Positions 20,013-29,719 are shown, counted from the stretch's first letter. The stretch is DNA of 58,136 nt from Candidatus Uhrbacteria bacterium (GCA_903848275.1 CAINGB010000009.1:1-58136), one strand, 5' to 3'. The notes: generated from the sequence alone by a model not told the origin. Numbers and translations are program-made.

Positions 20013-20407
20013 AAGCCGATTTTACTAGCTATGAAATAAGCTATTGTCGAAACTGAGGCGGCGAGAGTGGCGCCCCAGGCGAGATCTACTATTGTGATGA
20101 ACAGCGGCCAGTCCTTAGCAACTGCGAGGTTGGTTAGGTCGTAGGTTGCGTAACAAACTAAGCCGAACAAGGCGCCGTATAGCAGGGCATACGACCATGA
20201 ACCTTGCTCGACAGCTGGAGCGATAACAAACACCACCAGTCCAGCGATGAAAATGAGGTAGAAAATAATGGCGGCAAGCCAGTTGACGTCAGGCTTTAAT
20301 AAAAACCCGATTTGCTTACTATAAAGATTCTTAGCTATTAGACCGAGCCAGGTCATGTCTATGGCGAAGAAAACTGGTAGGGCTATAGCGTAAAGTTTGA
20401 TAAACAT
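20009..20407 (-). CDS. DUF2177 family membrane protein
   Basis: IDMTWLG...YATYDLTNLA...DLAWG. Confidence 0.85.
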   Translation of the reverse strand: MFIKLYAIALPVFFAIDMTWLGLIAKNLYSKQIGFLLKPDVNWLAAIIFYLIFIAGLVVFVIAPAVEQGSWSYALLYGALFGLVCYATYDLTNLAVAKDWPLFITIVDLAWGATLAASVSTIAYFIASKIGL

Positions 20408-20412
20408 ATTTT

Positions 20413-21264
20413 TTAATTAAGCGGACAAGTATTTTTTCCTAACGCTGCGTAAAAGAGGCACCAGCTAAAGATTGCCTCCCAGAGGCAAAAGCCCGAAAGG
20501 AAGATGAGGAGTGGACTCCAGGAGGTCGTGATTGCTAATAATAGTAGCCCCAAGCCTATCGCTAACCGCAACAACCGATCAAGTCGACTGATATTCTTGT
20601 GTGCTCTGCCCGCTTTGCCTTTAGCGAAATGTCGCCAGAGCACGCGATAGACCAGACCAAGCAGGCCAGCTAAGAAATACAACGCAACAATCTGACCCCA
20701 ACCAAAAGGTGAAAAAATAAAGCTAATTGGCGACTCATTGAAAAAATTCTTTTTAAGCTCAGGGATGACAGTGAGAGCATTGAGCCCTTCTTTCAGATTG
20801 AAGGCCTCTACCTCCCCAATAGCCAGCGAATACTTGCTATCATTATGGCTGCTAGAAACTCTTATCTCATAGTTACCTGGCTCCGCACGAGCTCTGTATT
20901 CTGGGCCTAGCAAATATGTGTCAGCACCGAATGGCTCGTAAAACTTTTCCCAGACAAAATTCGGTCCATCAAGTTTTGTTAGTTCAGTGCCATCCTTCAT
21001 GATAACGACTGACAAATCCTTAGCCTGCCCCGCGATATCTGGTACAAGAATATTAGTATAAAGGTTGAAGGCCGTACTTGACTCTATAAAATAACTATCT
21101 GGCTCACCAACTAGCTGGCTATAATAAGCTTTGGAAATTTCGGGAGAAGGTACTTGAGTAACCCGACTCGTGGTAAGGCGAGGTTGGTGCGCAGAGACTA
21201 CTAACGGTGATAGAAAGATGGCTAGTACTGGTAATATTGCCAGTTTTAGAAATTTATTTGGCAT
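20413..21264 (-). CDS. Exported protein with C-terminal DUF2892-like membrane domain
   Basis: Signal peptide; C-terminal KNISRLDRLLRL...SWCLFYAALGKNTCP. Confidence 0.7.
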   Translation of the reverse strand: MPNKFLKLAILPVLAIFLSPLVVSAHQPRLTTSRVTQVPSPEISKAYYSQLVGEPDSYFIESSTAFNLYTNILVPDIAGQAKDLSVVIMKDGTELTKLDGPNFVWEKFYEPFGADTYLLGPEYRARAEPGNYEIRVSSSHNDSKYSLAIGEVEAFNLKEGLNALTVIPELKKNFFNESPISFIFSPFGWGQIVALYFLAGLLGLVYRVLWRHFAKGKAGRAHKNISRLDRLLRLAIGLGLLLLAITTSWSPLLIFLSGFCLWEAIFSWCLFYAALGKNTCPLN

Positions 21265-21349
21265 ACTAGAGATTTTCGTTAGTTGCCCGTATTATATACT
21301 AATTACAAGGATAAGTCTCTGTGATGTTACTAGTAGTTCTGTTGTGCAA

Positions 21350-21392
21350 AGCAAAGAGCCGCACCCCGAAGGATGCGGCTCAAGGCCTGGCC
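21350..21392. repeat. 43-bp direct repeat, copy 1 (terminator-like hairpin)
   Basis: agcaaagagccgcaccccgaaggatgcggctcaaggcctggcc; 42/43 identical to 22547-22589. Confidence 0.9.
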
Positions 21393-21400
21393 GAGTACGG

Positions 21401-22444
21401 CTAGGAGTCGCGAACGTCGTCGATTTTCCCCTCGACGGAGTTGACCTTGCTCTTCTTGTCTTCGTTGATCCAGCAAGACCGGACGCGGATGGTCTTGGGA
21501 TCGGTCGGCTGGCTGCCAGGTGCCCGACGATAGTGCGCCCGACGTTCATGGGTGGCGACGCTCCCCGCGAACTCGCGTTGCACCCCGGTTGGCGTGCCGT
21601 CGATCAGCTGGCCGACAGTGATGACACCAGACGCTGTGACCGCGCAGATGTCCTCGCTCATGAGATCGGCTGGCGGACTCTCGTCCACGACCGAGCCCAA
21701 GTGCGAGGAGTGTCGGCGGCCAATCACCACATTGCCGTTGGCCATCAGCTCGCAGAAGCCGGTGAGCAGGCTGTAGTCGTTGATGCCGTCCTGCTCACCC
21801 TCAACTGCTGTGCCTGGCAAGAAGCCGGAAGTGAGAGCGCAGATCTGGGCCCACTTGCCACTGATGAGCCGGCGTACCCTGGCAGTCGAGACCTTGGCGT
21901 TGGCGTCGCGCTTTTCGTCGGTGGTCAACGGCACATACCCCTCGAGCAGCTCTGGCAGACCGAGTGACGTGAGCATGGACTCCGGGCCGTTAGCGATGCC
22001 GAGGTACAGCATGGTGTCAACGCCGTAGTCGGAGCCAACTCGCTGCAGCTGTACGCCACTGAGCGAGAGACCGAAGCAGTAGTGAGGCAGCAGGTCATGA
22101 TCGAAGTTGAATTGCCGCCGACCACGAGCCACACAGTCCTGCGCCAACCCACCTGTTACATGGAAGAGACGTTTGGAGCTTCGGACCCAGTAGTTCAGGA
22201 GCGCGGGCAGCGTCGCAATAGCCTGCAGCTCCTTGACCTTGCCGCGGTAGATGAAAGCTGGGTCATCCGCGTTGTGACCAGCGGTCAGCAGGGCGCGGAA
22301 GCGCGGCCAGTGCAGCACCGGGCCGAGGGGCTCGATGGGCAGGCCATCGTGGGTGAGCAGCCCGAAGGCGTGCATGCGGCTGGCGAGAAACATGACGTTT
22401 TCCCAGAACTCGAGAGCCTGAGCGGGACGATCTTGGAGAGCCAT
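21401..22444 (-). CDS. Hypothetical protein, GC-rich, phage-like C-terminal basic motif
   Basis: ATG 22444 preceded by AAGAGG; C-terminal HERRAHYRR...W. Confidence 0.7.
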   Translation of the reverse strand: MALQDRPAQALEFWENVMFLASRMHAFGLLTHDGLPIEPLGPVLHWPRFRALLTAGHNADDPAFIYRGKVKELQAIATLPALLNYWVRSSKRLFHVTGGLAQDCVARGRRQFNFDHDLLPHYCFGLSLSGVQLQRVGSDYGVDTMLYLGIANGPESMLTSLGLPELLEGYVPLTTDEKRDANAKVSTARVRRLISGKWAQICALTSGFLPGTAVEGEQDGINDYSLLTGFCELMANGNVVIGRRHSSHLGSVVDESPPADLMSEDICAVTASGVITVGQLIDGTPTGVQREFAGSVATHERRAHYRRAPGSQPTDPKTIRVRSCWINEDKKSKVNSVEGKIDDVRDS

Positions 22445-22546
22445 GGTGAACCTCTTTTCTTGGTAGAAGGTGAAAGAACGGCCCCAAAATGGGACTGGGG
22501 ATTGTAGCATATTTTGCGAGATTAGTCAATAAAATCCCACTATTAC

Positions 22547-22589
22547 AGCAAAGAACCGCACCCCGAAGGATGCGGCTCAAGGCCTGGCC
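22547..22589. repeat. 43-bp direct repeat, copy 2
   Basis: agcaaagaaccgcaccccgaaggatgcggctcaaggcctggcc. Confidence 0.9.
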
Positions 22590-22594
22590 AAAAT

Positions 22595-23416
22595 TTACTG
22601 CCCAATGATAACAGGAACGCTGAGTGAGTCATCGTTCTCGTGCAATCCAGAAGGATTATCTTTCTTCAGAACTAGCGTGCCGGCGTCGCCAATAATTTGT
22701 GGGTCAGCGGTATAGTTGATCGTCGCTTTAAAGGGCACGAAGTCTGTGGTCATCCAGTCGCCTTGGGCCGTGGCGATTCCCTGTCCGAGCATGTTGCCAT
22801 GAGAATCTAGAAGAAAAACCGGGAAACTTGCTTCGAAAAACCAGTTACCGCGAGCGCGACCGGTGACGAGCAGCGGACTGCTGACGGTGCTATTAGATAC
22901 GGGAGGGTCGAGAATAATGAGATCGGCGTGATCTGGCGTGCTGGCCGTGGTGCCGTCAGACCAAATTACCTGCTTCATTCCAGGGATTTGCAAAATATTT
23001 ACTTCCACCTGTGGTTTACAGCTGCACATGGTGATAGAAACGCCGGCCCAACCGTCAATTGGTGAAATGGTAACAACACCGTTCTTTTCCGTAATTACTG
23101 TCTGACTCAGAACCGTGTGGCATTTGCCAGTTGTAGCCGCGTCGACGGTGGCGCGAATGATCTCTGCCGTGGTCGGCCTGGCTTTCGCGATGATCCCCGT
23201 GTGCTTAACGGTGAGGGAGGCGCGGTACCCAGCGCTGTCCATATTGGCGCCGTCACAGTAGGCGGTGGTGTCCGACGCTGAAGTGAGATAAGTGTATGTG
23301 TAGTTGGTGGTCTGAACTACTAGTTGATCAGCGGAGGATTTATATAAGAAGACGGCATAGAAACCGACTCCGAGAACGGCTATAACGGCGAGTACTATTG
23401 GGATATATTTTTTCAT
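22595..23416 (-). CDS. Exported protein with Gmad2 immunoglobulin-like domain
   Basis: SPLLVTGRARGNWFFEASFPV...WMTTDFVPF...LKKDNPSGL. Start set at MKKYIPIV because the longer ORF runs antisense through the tRNA. Confidence 0.85.
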   Translation of the reverse strand: MKKYIPIVLAVIAVLGVGFYAVFLYKSSADQLVVQTTNYTYTYLTSASDTTAYCDGANMDSAGYRASLTVKHTGIIAKARPTTAEIIRATVDAATTGKCHTVLSQTVITEKNGVVTISPIDGWAGVSITMCSCKPQVEVNILQIPGMKQVIWSDGTTASTPDHADLIILDPPVSNSTVSSPLLVTGRARGNWFFEASFPVFLLDSHGNMLGQGIATAQGDWMTTDFVPFKATINYTADPQIIGDAGTLVLKKDNPSGLHENDDSLSVPVIIGQ

Positions 23417-23562
23417 ATGTTTCACCATACTCTCTTTATGGCGGAAAGAGTAGCTGGGATAGCGTATATTCCCTCTTTCTCCATGATATATGTTTGCTCT
23501 CCAGCCAGCCCTTGAAAGGATTCTCTTCTCATGATAACCTACCCCCGTCAAAAGAGAAATAT

Positions 23563-23637
23563 TCCCGGGTAGCTCAGCGGCAGAGCGGCTCGCTGTTAAC
23601 GAGATGGTCACAGGTTCGATCCCTGTCCCGGGAGCCA
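23563..23637 (+). tRNA. tRNA-Asn (GTT)
   Basis: TCCCGGG/CCCGGGA acceptor stem, TAGCTCAG D-arm, anticodon loop CTGTTAA, GGTTCGATCCC T-arm, encoded CCA; 75 nt. Confidence 0.97.
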
Positions 23638-23899
23638 TGAGAAGGCGTGTGAGGTGACCCACATGCCTTGTCAAAAAGTCGTCATTGAAAAATGGCGATT
23701 TTTTGTTTAATCCTTGAGCAAATAGCGACTCTTGTTAGCTTGTCTAGAAAACCGAAGCACCTGGGACGCAAAGTCGTCGAATTTTTCTCAAACGCCCAAA
23801 AGTAGGAATTCGCCTTACTTTTTCGGTTCGAACCCCGAACAAGGTTTCGAGGCTGCAAGACTTCGGGAATTTATCAAAAGTTGCTATGATTCAGGCAAT

Positions 23900-24511
23900 A
23901 TGAGCGATAGCGCAAAACCAAACGTCATTCTCACTTCGAGCTTCAATACCGTTGCCGGAGCACTTCGAGAAAAATCCCTACTACCAAAAACGGCATCCGT
24001 CGCCTTCATCCCAACGGCTGGCGATCCTTATCCAGAACGACCTTGGATTGATGCGGATCGAAAAGCTCTCGTTGATCTGGGCTATAGCGTCATGGACATC
24101 GACCTGAAGGGTGTGACGGCGGGATCACTCGAAAAGGAACTATCCAGCCACGATATTATTTTCGTCGCAGGCGGTAACACGACCTATCTCGTTCAGCAGT
24201 CCTATATTTCTGGTTTTGCTGATTTGATTCATAGTTTCCTCAAACAAGGAAAACTGTACATCGGTTCGAGCGCAGGTTCGATTCTCGCTGGTCCGACAGT
24301 CAAACCTTTCGTAACTGAAGATATTGCAGAGTTACCAAAGGATTTCGTCTTGACGAATCCGACTTGCCTTCATCTCGTTGATTACGTCGTATTGCCTCAC
24401 GACCAGGTTGAACAGTTTTCAGCAGAGCACGACAAGATTATTAAACAGCATGGCGAACAATTGACGTTCGTAAGGTTACCCGACCTGGAGTACCGTGTGG
24501 AAAATATTTGA
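23900..24511 (+). CDS. Peptidase S51 (PepE-like, class I GATase-like)
   Basis: FIPTA, IFVAGGNT, YIGSSAGS nucleophile elbow, LPH. Confidence 0.88.
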   Translation: MSDSAKPNVILTSSFNTVAGALREKSLLPKTASVAFIPTAGDPYPERPWIDADRKALVDLGYSVMDIDLKGVTAGSLEKELSSHDIIFVAGGNTTYLVQQSYISGFADLIHSFLKQGKLYIGSSAGSILAGPTVKPFVTEDIAELPKDFVLTNPTCLHLVDYVVLPHDQVEQFSAEHDKIIKQHGEQLTFVRLPDLEYRVENI

Positions 24512-24515
24512 GTAT

Positions 24516-25439
24516 ATGGAATCAATCATTCTCAACACTGGTGCCAAGATGCCTATTTTGGGTTTAGGCACCTGGAACGCTCCAAAAGGTAAAGTCGGCT
24601 TGGCGGTGAAACAAGCATTGTTAGATTTTGGATATTCGCATATTGATTGCGCACACGTTTACGAAAACGAAAAGGAGGTCGGTCAGGCTTTTTATGAAGT
24701 ATTCAGTACAGGCAAACGAACAAGAGCAGATGTCTTCGTGACCAGTAAACTTTGGAATTACGATCATGCAAAAGAGGACGTTGTTAATGCTTGCAAGAAA
24801 ACCTTAGCCGATTTGCAACTCGACTATCTCGACTTGTATCTCATGCATTTTGGTATTGCCTCGCCTCATGGTCTTGGCATTGAGCCACTTGATCCAAACG
24901 GTGTACTGATCACAGAAAAGATTTCCATTCGTGAGACGTGGGAAGCCATGCAGGAGCTTGTAGGTATGGGTCTCGTAAAGGCGATTGGTGTCTCAAACTT
25001 CACAGCACCAATGCTCGTCGATCTTCTGACGTACGCCGAGATCATCCCGGCAATGAATCAGATCGAGCTTCACCCGTACAATCAGCAGACCAAGTTGATC
25101 GAATTCTGTAGGCAACAGAACATAGCTGTAACCGCGTATTCTCCACTCGGTTCTCAAACAGAAATGAACAACGGCAAACCAGCTCTCCTTGAGGATGTAA
25201 AGATCGACGAAATAGCGATCGCTCACAAAAAGACTCCGAGCCAAGTGCTTCTCCGTTGGGGTATTCAACGAGAAACCGTCGTGATCCCAAAAAGCACGAC
25301 CCCGGAACATATCAAAGAAAATAATGAGGTATTCGATTTCGTATTATCGGAAGATGACCTTGTAAAGATTGCCTCATTGGATAGACGACTTCGGTATGTA
25401 GATCCGTATGAGTGGTGGCGGATTCCTTACTTTGGGTGA
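24516..25439 (+). CDS. Aldo/keto reductase
   Basis: LGLGTW, HIDCAHVYENE, FVTSKLW, YLDLYLMH, IGVSNF, NQIELHPY, VIPKS. Confidence 0.95.
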   Translation: MESIILNTGAKMPILGLGTWNAPKGKVGLAVKQALLDFGYSHIDCAHVYENEKEVGQAFYEVFSTGKRTRADVFVTSKLWNYDHAKEDVVNACKKTLADLQLDYLDLYLMHFGIASPHGLGIEPLDPNGVLITEKISIRETWEAMQELVGMGLVKAIGVSNFTAPMLVDLLTYAEIIPAMNQIELHPYNQQTKLIEFCRQQNIAVTAYSPLGSQTEMNNGKPALLEDVKIDEIAIAHKKTPSQVLLRWGIQRETVVIPKSTTPEHIKENNEVFDFVLSEDDLVKIASLDRRLRYVDPYEWWRIPYFG

Positions 25440-25975
25440 TGGGGTTTCAGATATGAACATGTACCAACAAATCCTTGAATCTTCTATTTCTGTCGATTCT
25501 CAATTTGCCGCGTTATCGGGCGAAAAGTTTTTGCATTTCAAATTATCTTTTCGTGTGTCGTCATCGCACAAGCGAGCCGGATCAATCGAAAACTATACTT
25601 ATGAAGTCGGTTCGATGGCTCAGGTTCTTGCCAAAGAAAATCAACTCATCATTGCCGACGATACATTTCGTACCTACACTTGGCTCAATAAGGAACTCGT
25701 CGGTAAATCTGTTATTTGGCTAACACCACACGAAGAAGAAACGAAAGAGCGACATTGGCTTGATCGATTTATCTCCAATGAGAGTCTGCTCCAGAGTCCT
25801 CCCTATGAAATTGTTGTTATCGGTGGTGGAATTCTTCTTAATGCCGGTGCTTATGTCGCCGAACAGCTCGGAAGCGATCTGACGTATATTCCAACGACTG
25901 TTCTTGCAATGTCTGATGGATCTATTGGAGGAAAAGTACGAGCAAATGAAATAAAGGATGGACTATATCATAAGC

Positions 25976-26862
25976 TGTGACTTTACCTCGCGTTGTTTAT
26001 AGTTCAGTTGGATAAAAGTACTGTATCAGTTTTTCAAGTGGTGTGTCGCCACCGATCCCTGCATGAGGCTTTACTGTGTTGTAGTAGTTCACGAAACGGA
26101 TCAATTCCTTCTTCCGATGCTCACGGTTTTTAAACACGGTTTTCGTGTGCCAGAGTTCCATGAGTGTCTTGATGACCCGTTCGGCTTTTCCATTCGTCTG
26201 TGGATGACGAACCTTTGTATGACGTTGTTCGATGCGGTTTTCCTTACAAACATTCATAAAAGCATGCGTTCCTTCGGTCCCCCGATATTCCGTTCCGTTA
26301 TCCGAATACGCAACCTCGATAGTGTACGGACACTCGTCAATGACCTGTTTCAAGAATGTTGCTGCAGATTCCTGTGTTTTGTTGGGTAGAATGGCTGCAA
26401 AGAGTTCTCGTGAGTAGTCGTCGATGCCGACGAAGAGATACTCTCGCTGCTCCATGACGACCTCTCCATGAAGGAGCGGAAGGCGTTTTGTGTCAAAATG
26501 GACCATCTCTCCTGGATATTCTTTGTTGTATCTTTTTGCTTGCTTTTTGAGCTTTTCTTCTAATTTCTGTTCGATCTTTGCAAGTCGTCGTAAACCATAC
26601 TCGATGACCCGATACCGAACGTTCGTGCTGTTATGCACCGTGAAGTCGTTTGCACGACCACGCCGAAGAATCTTATAAATGGTCGGAGGGGTGATGTGAT
26701 ATTTCCGTTGTAAATCTACGATCCGTAGCTTCTTCTCATGTCGATCTGTAAAGATTTCTTTGCGTTGGAACGGCGTCAGTCTCGTCTTTTTGTGGATAGT
26801 CATACGTTGGTAAACAGTGTGCCACAGGGCTACGACTGTATACAACGCGGTGAAAAGTCACA
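25976..26862. mobile_element. IS481-family insertion sequence (887 bp)
   Basis: TGT...ACA ends; terminal IRs 18/21 identical (TGTGACTTTACCTCGCGTTGT vs TGTGACTTTTCACCGCGTTGT); direct repeat CATAAGC at 25969-25975 and 26863-26869. Confidence 0.93.
25997..26803 (-). CDS. IS481-family DDE transposase
   Basis: MTIHKKTRLTP, PGEMVHFDTKRL, IDDYSR, SDNGTEY, PQTNGKAER, YYNTVKPH. Confidence 0.93.
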   Translation of the reverse strand: MTIHKKTRLTPFQRKEIFTDRHEKKLRIVDLQRKYHITPPTIYKILRRGRANDFTVHNSTNVRYRVIEYGLRRLAKIEQKLEEKLKKQAKRYNKEYPGEMVHFDTKRLPLLHGEVVMEQREYLFVGIDDYSRELFAAILPNKTQESAATFLKQVIDECPYTIEVAYSDNGTEYRGTEGTHAFMNVCKENRIEQRHTKVRHPQTNGKAERVIKTLMELWHTKTVFKNREHRKKELIRFVNYYNTVKPHAGIGGDTPLEKLIQYFYPTEL

Positions 26863-27317
26863 CATAAGCATACGTATAAAAGTTTCTACGAGCCGAATCG
26901 CATTTTGATTGATCCACGTTTTCTTGAATTATTGCCGGACAAACAGATCGCCATTGGCCTGGGCGAGGTTATTAAACATGGTGTGTACCAGTCGCGCGCT
27001 CTTTTGGAGTATCTCATTTCAAATGATTTTCATCCGCAGACTGACAAAGATAGTTTGCTTAAGGCTATCCTATGGGCAGCTGCACTCAAAGAAGTTTGTC
27101 TAAATATTGACCCTGACGAAACAACGGATGGTTCTCATATCATCATGCGGGGCGGGCATGAGGTATCCGATAAAATCGAAGAGTCGTCGCATTTTCAAAT
27201 TCCGCACGGCACAGCTGTGGCGATTGCCGTATACGAAGAAATGTCACAAAAAAGTTCTGAGCTGATGCCATTGCTAGATGCCTGCTACAGGAAGTTTTCT
27301 ATACCTACCAAAAATTC

Positions 27318-28634
27318 CTAACGAGTCACGGATCCATCTTTTATAAACAGTTGGGATTTAATATGACCGAGTAAATCCCTTTTTTCATCCTTTGAGCCTT
27401 CTTTCAGAATATATTTAGCGCACGCATAGACATCGATGTCTGGCATAATTTCTGCGACTTTAGCGGTCGCCACATGTCCTCCGAGACTCGAAATCATCTT
27501 CGTAAGCCGATCAACTTCCTGCTTGATACGTTCTACTGCCGCGAGTTTGTTGATGTCTACCTTGTCGATGATTTTGTAGAGTTGATTGAGAAGTTCCTCC
27601 TCGCGTATATACGGCTGTTTGCAACCCGTCATCCAACGCTTCATGCATCCGTAGTAGACGTAGCGTTTTGTTGTTCCGTCCTTGAGCCGTTTCACTTTTT
27701 GATCGGCACTGATGCCCGATCCGCACACGCCGCATTTGAAGATTCTCGTGAATGCGAATTCGTGAGTTCCGGGCATCGCCTTGGGGGCGCACTTCATGAC
27801 TTCTTGAACCTTATCGTAAGTTTCTTTCGTAATGAGTGCCTCGTGTTTTCCGTCGTACCATTTGCCGCTTCCTTGCGGAAATTCGTACCGACCAGTGTAG
27901 AACGAGTTGTCCATCATGCGATAAATCATACTGAGCGTCACTTGTTTGCCTTTGCGTGTCGTCAATTTCATTTCGTCGTCGAGCCATCGTTTTACACTGC
28001 GCCCAGTCCAGCCTTCGTAGGCGACTTTGTGAAATGCTTCCTTAATGATCGGTCCGCGCACGGGGTCCATAAAGATTTTGCACGTGCCTTTTTCCGCGTA
28101 TTTGTCGTGTAGATATCCGAGCGGTGACATGTTCGGTCGAAAACCCATCTCGATTTTCGCACGGAATCCGCGTTTCACGTTCACACCCTTGTTGTCATTC
28201 TCTAGCTTCGCCTGTCCGCACATCATCATGAGCATGAACTTGTCGCTCGGTGAATTTGTAAATCTCGTACCGTGCGTAAGGATTTCTCGAAGCAGTCCTT
28301 GATCCATAAGGTCGATCACCGTTCCGAGATCGCCCGCATTACGACTGATGCGATCCGCCGCCCATGTCAGAATCCCGTCGAATTTCTTTTCTCGAATGTC
28401 CTCAATTAAACGATTAAACTCCGGGCGTGACCCGGAGCTTTTTGCAGAGTGACTTTCTCGACGTACTTCGACAACATTCAAGCCGTCTCTCGCGGCCAGT
28501 TCAAGTGCCTCCTTGACCTGACTTTCGATTGACAATGCCTGACGCTCGTCATCCTCCGATGATTTTCTCGAGTAAAGGCAGTATTTGATCGGCACGACCT
28601 TCTCTGGTTCGTTGTTCGTGTTTTGTGCGTACAT
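27318..28634 (-). CDS. Large serine recombinase (resolvase + recombinase + Zn-ribbon)
   Basis: YSRKSSE catalytic Ser, ESHSAK, DRISRN, CGVCG...YYGC zinc ribbon. Confidence 0.93.
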   Translation of the reverse strand: MYAQNTNNEPEKVVPIKYCLYSRKSSEDDERQALSIESQVKEALELAARDGLNVVEVRRESHSAKSSGSRPEFNRLIEDIREKKFDGILTWAADRISRNAGDLGTVIDLMDQGLLREILTHGTRFTNSPSDKFMLMMMCGQAKLENDNKGVNVKRGFRAKIEMGFRPNMSPLGYLHDKYAEKGTCKIFMDPVRGPIIKEAFHKVAYEGWTGRSVKRWLDDEMKLTTRKGKQVTLSMIYRMMDNSFYTGRYEFPQGSGKWYDGKHEALITKETYDKVQEVMKCAPKAMPGTHEFAFTRIFKCGVCGSGISADQKVKRLKDGTTKRYVYYGCMKRWMTGCKQPYIREEELLNQLYKIIDKVDINKLAAVERIKQEVDRLTKMISSLGGHVATAKVAEIMPDIDVYACAKYILKEGSKDEKRDLLGHIKSQLFIKDGSVTR

Positions 28635-28773
28635 AAGTTTTGTTTACTCCTTATGACCCACACACTACCGCGTCTGTCCCGGGTGCCTAGCCCATGGAAG
28701 GAGGTAACTTAAATCCATCAAATACCACTCAAAATTGCCACAAGACGTGAGTTTTGAGACAATACCGTCACTT

Positions 28774-29709
28774 ATGTCTCTTCTTCGTATTAACGGCGAT
28801 AAGCTCCAACAAATCCAAGAAACCGAGCTGAAGCTTGAGAAGGATTTGCAAAAGCTGACGGAACAGAACCTTGAAACGGTTTTTGGTCTTCAGTTTGTTT
28901 CGACCGAATTTGCCCTCAATAATCTTCGCATCGATACGTTGGCGTACGATACCGAGACAGCATCTTTCGTGATCATCGAATACAAGCGCGACCGAAGTTT
29001 CAGTGTTATTGATCAGGGTTTTGCCTATTTGGCACTCATGTTGAATAACAAGGCAGATTTCATTTTGGAATACAACGAAAAAATCGGTACCAGTCTTCGT
29101 CGCGATGACATTGATTGGTCGCAGAGCCGCGTGTTGTTTATCGCTCAAAGCTTCACTGCTCACCAGCTCCAAGCGATCAATTTTAAAGATTTGCCTATCG
29201 AGCTCTGGGAAGCGAAGAAATATAGCGACGACCTCATCTCTTTCAATCTCATCAAGGCTTTACAGTCCGCCGAATCAATCAACACTGTATCGCACAACGA
29301 AGTTGTTTCGACGGTGAGCAAAGAAGTCGAAGCGGTTTCCGCTGAAGAAGTCTTTGCCCGAGCAAAGGACGACATCAATGATCTTTCTCAAGAATTGCGT
29401 CGACGCATTTTTGAGGTAGATACTCGTTTTCAGGAAAAAGCCACGAAGCGATACGTCGCCTACAAAATCGGTTGGAGAAATATTATCTCCATTGAGCCGG
29501 TTACTGGACGCCTTAACGTGACTTTCACTCGTACACGTCCAGAGGATCTCAATGATCCCGAAAGCAAAGCCAAACTCCGTAATAAATCCCTAGAACACTA
29601 CAATCAATATCTCACCGATGTAAGTGTTGCCGAACCAAGCGATGTAGACTACGTCATTTCACTTTTGAAACAAGTACTTGCGCGATTCCAAAAGGAAGAG
29701 ATCATCTAG
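28774..29709 (+). CDS. PD-(D/E)XK (NucS-like) nuclease fused to a DUF5655-like domain
   Basis: LEKDLQ, RIDTLAYD...IIEYKR nuclease motifs; C-terminal KRYVAYK domain. Confidence 0.75.
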   Translation: MSLLRINGDKLQQIQETELKLEKDLQKLTEQNLETVFGLQFVSTEFALNNLRIDTLAYDTETASFVIIEYKRDRSFSVIDQGFAYLALMLNNKADFILEYNEKIGTSLRRDDIDWSQSRVLFIAQSFTAHQLQAINFKDLPIELWEAKKYSDDLISFNLIKALQSAESINTVSHNEVVSTVSKEVEAVSAEEVFARAKDDINDLSQELRRRIFEVDTRFQEKATKRYVAYKIGWRNIISIEPVTGRLNVTFTRTRPEDLNDPESKAKLRNKSLEHYNQYLTDVSVAEPSDVDYVISLLKQVLARFQKEEII

Positions 29710-29719
29710 CTCTCTGGAC

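Larger units (their letters stand above)
25453..27321 (+). pseudogene. 3-dehydroquinate-synthase-like (sugar-phosphate cyclase superfamily) gene split by IS481
   Basis: 5' part has GGG and IPTTVLAMSDGSIGGK; 3' part has GLGEVIKHG and HGTAVA. Removing the IS and one TSD copy restores the frame (GLYHKHTYKSFYEPNRILIDPRFL). Confidence 0.85.

Noticed and set aside
23417-23674. N-terminal extension of the 359-aa ORF (22595..23674)
   Set aside because: It runs antisense through tRNA-Asn; the signal-anchor start MKKYIPIV at 23416 is more plausible.
23821-23840. T-arm-like ggttcgaacccc downstream of the tRNA
   Set aside because: No acceptor, D or anticodon arms can be built around it; not supportable as a tRNA or att site.
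28674-28683. 10-bp match (ctgtcccggg) to the tRNA-Asn 3' region just upstream of the recombinase
   Set aside because: Short enough to arise by chance in 58 kb and has no flanking similarity; worth revisiting only if an empty-site comparison points here.
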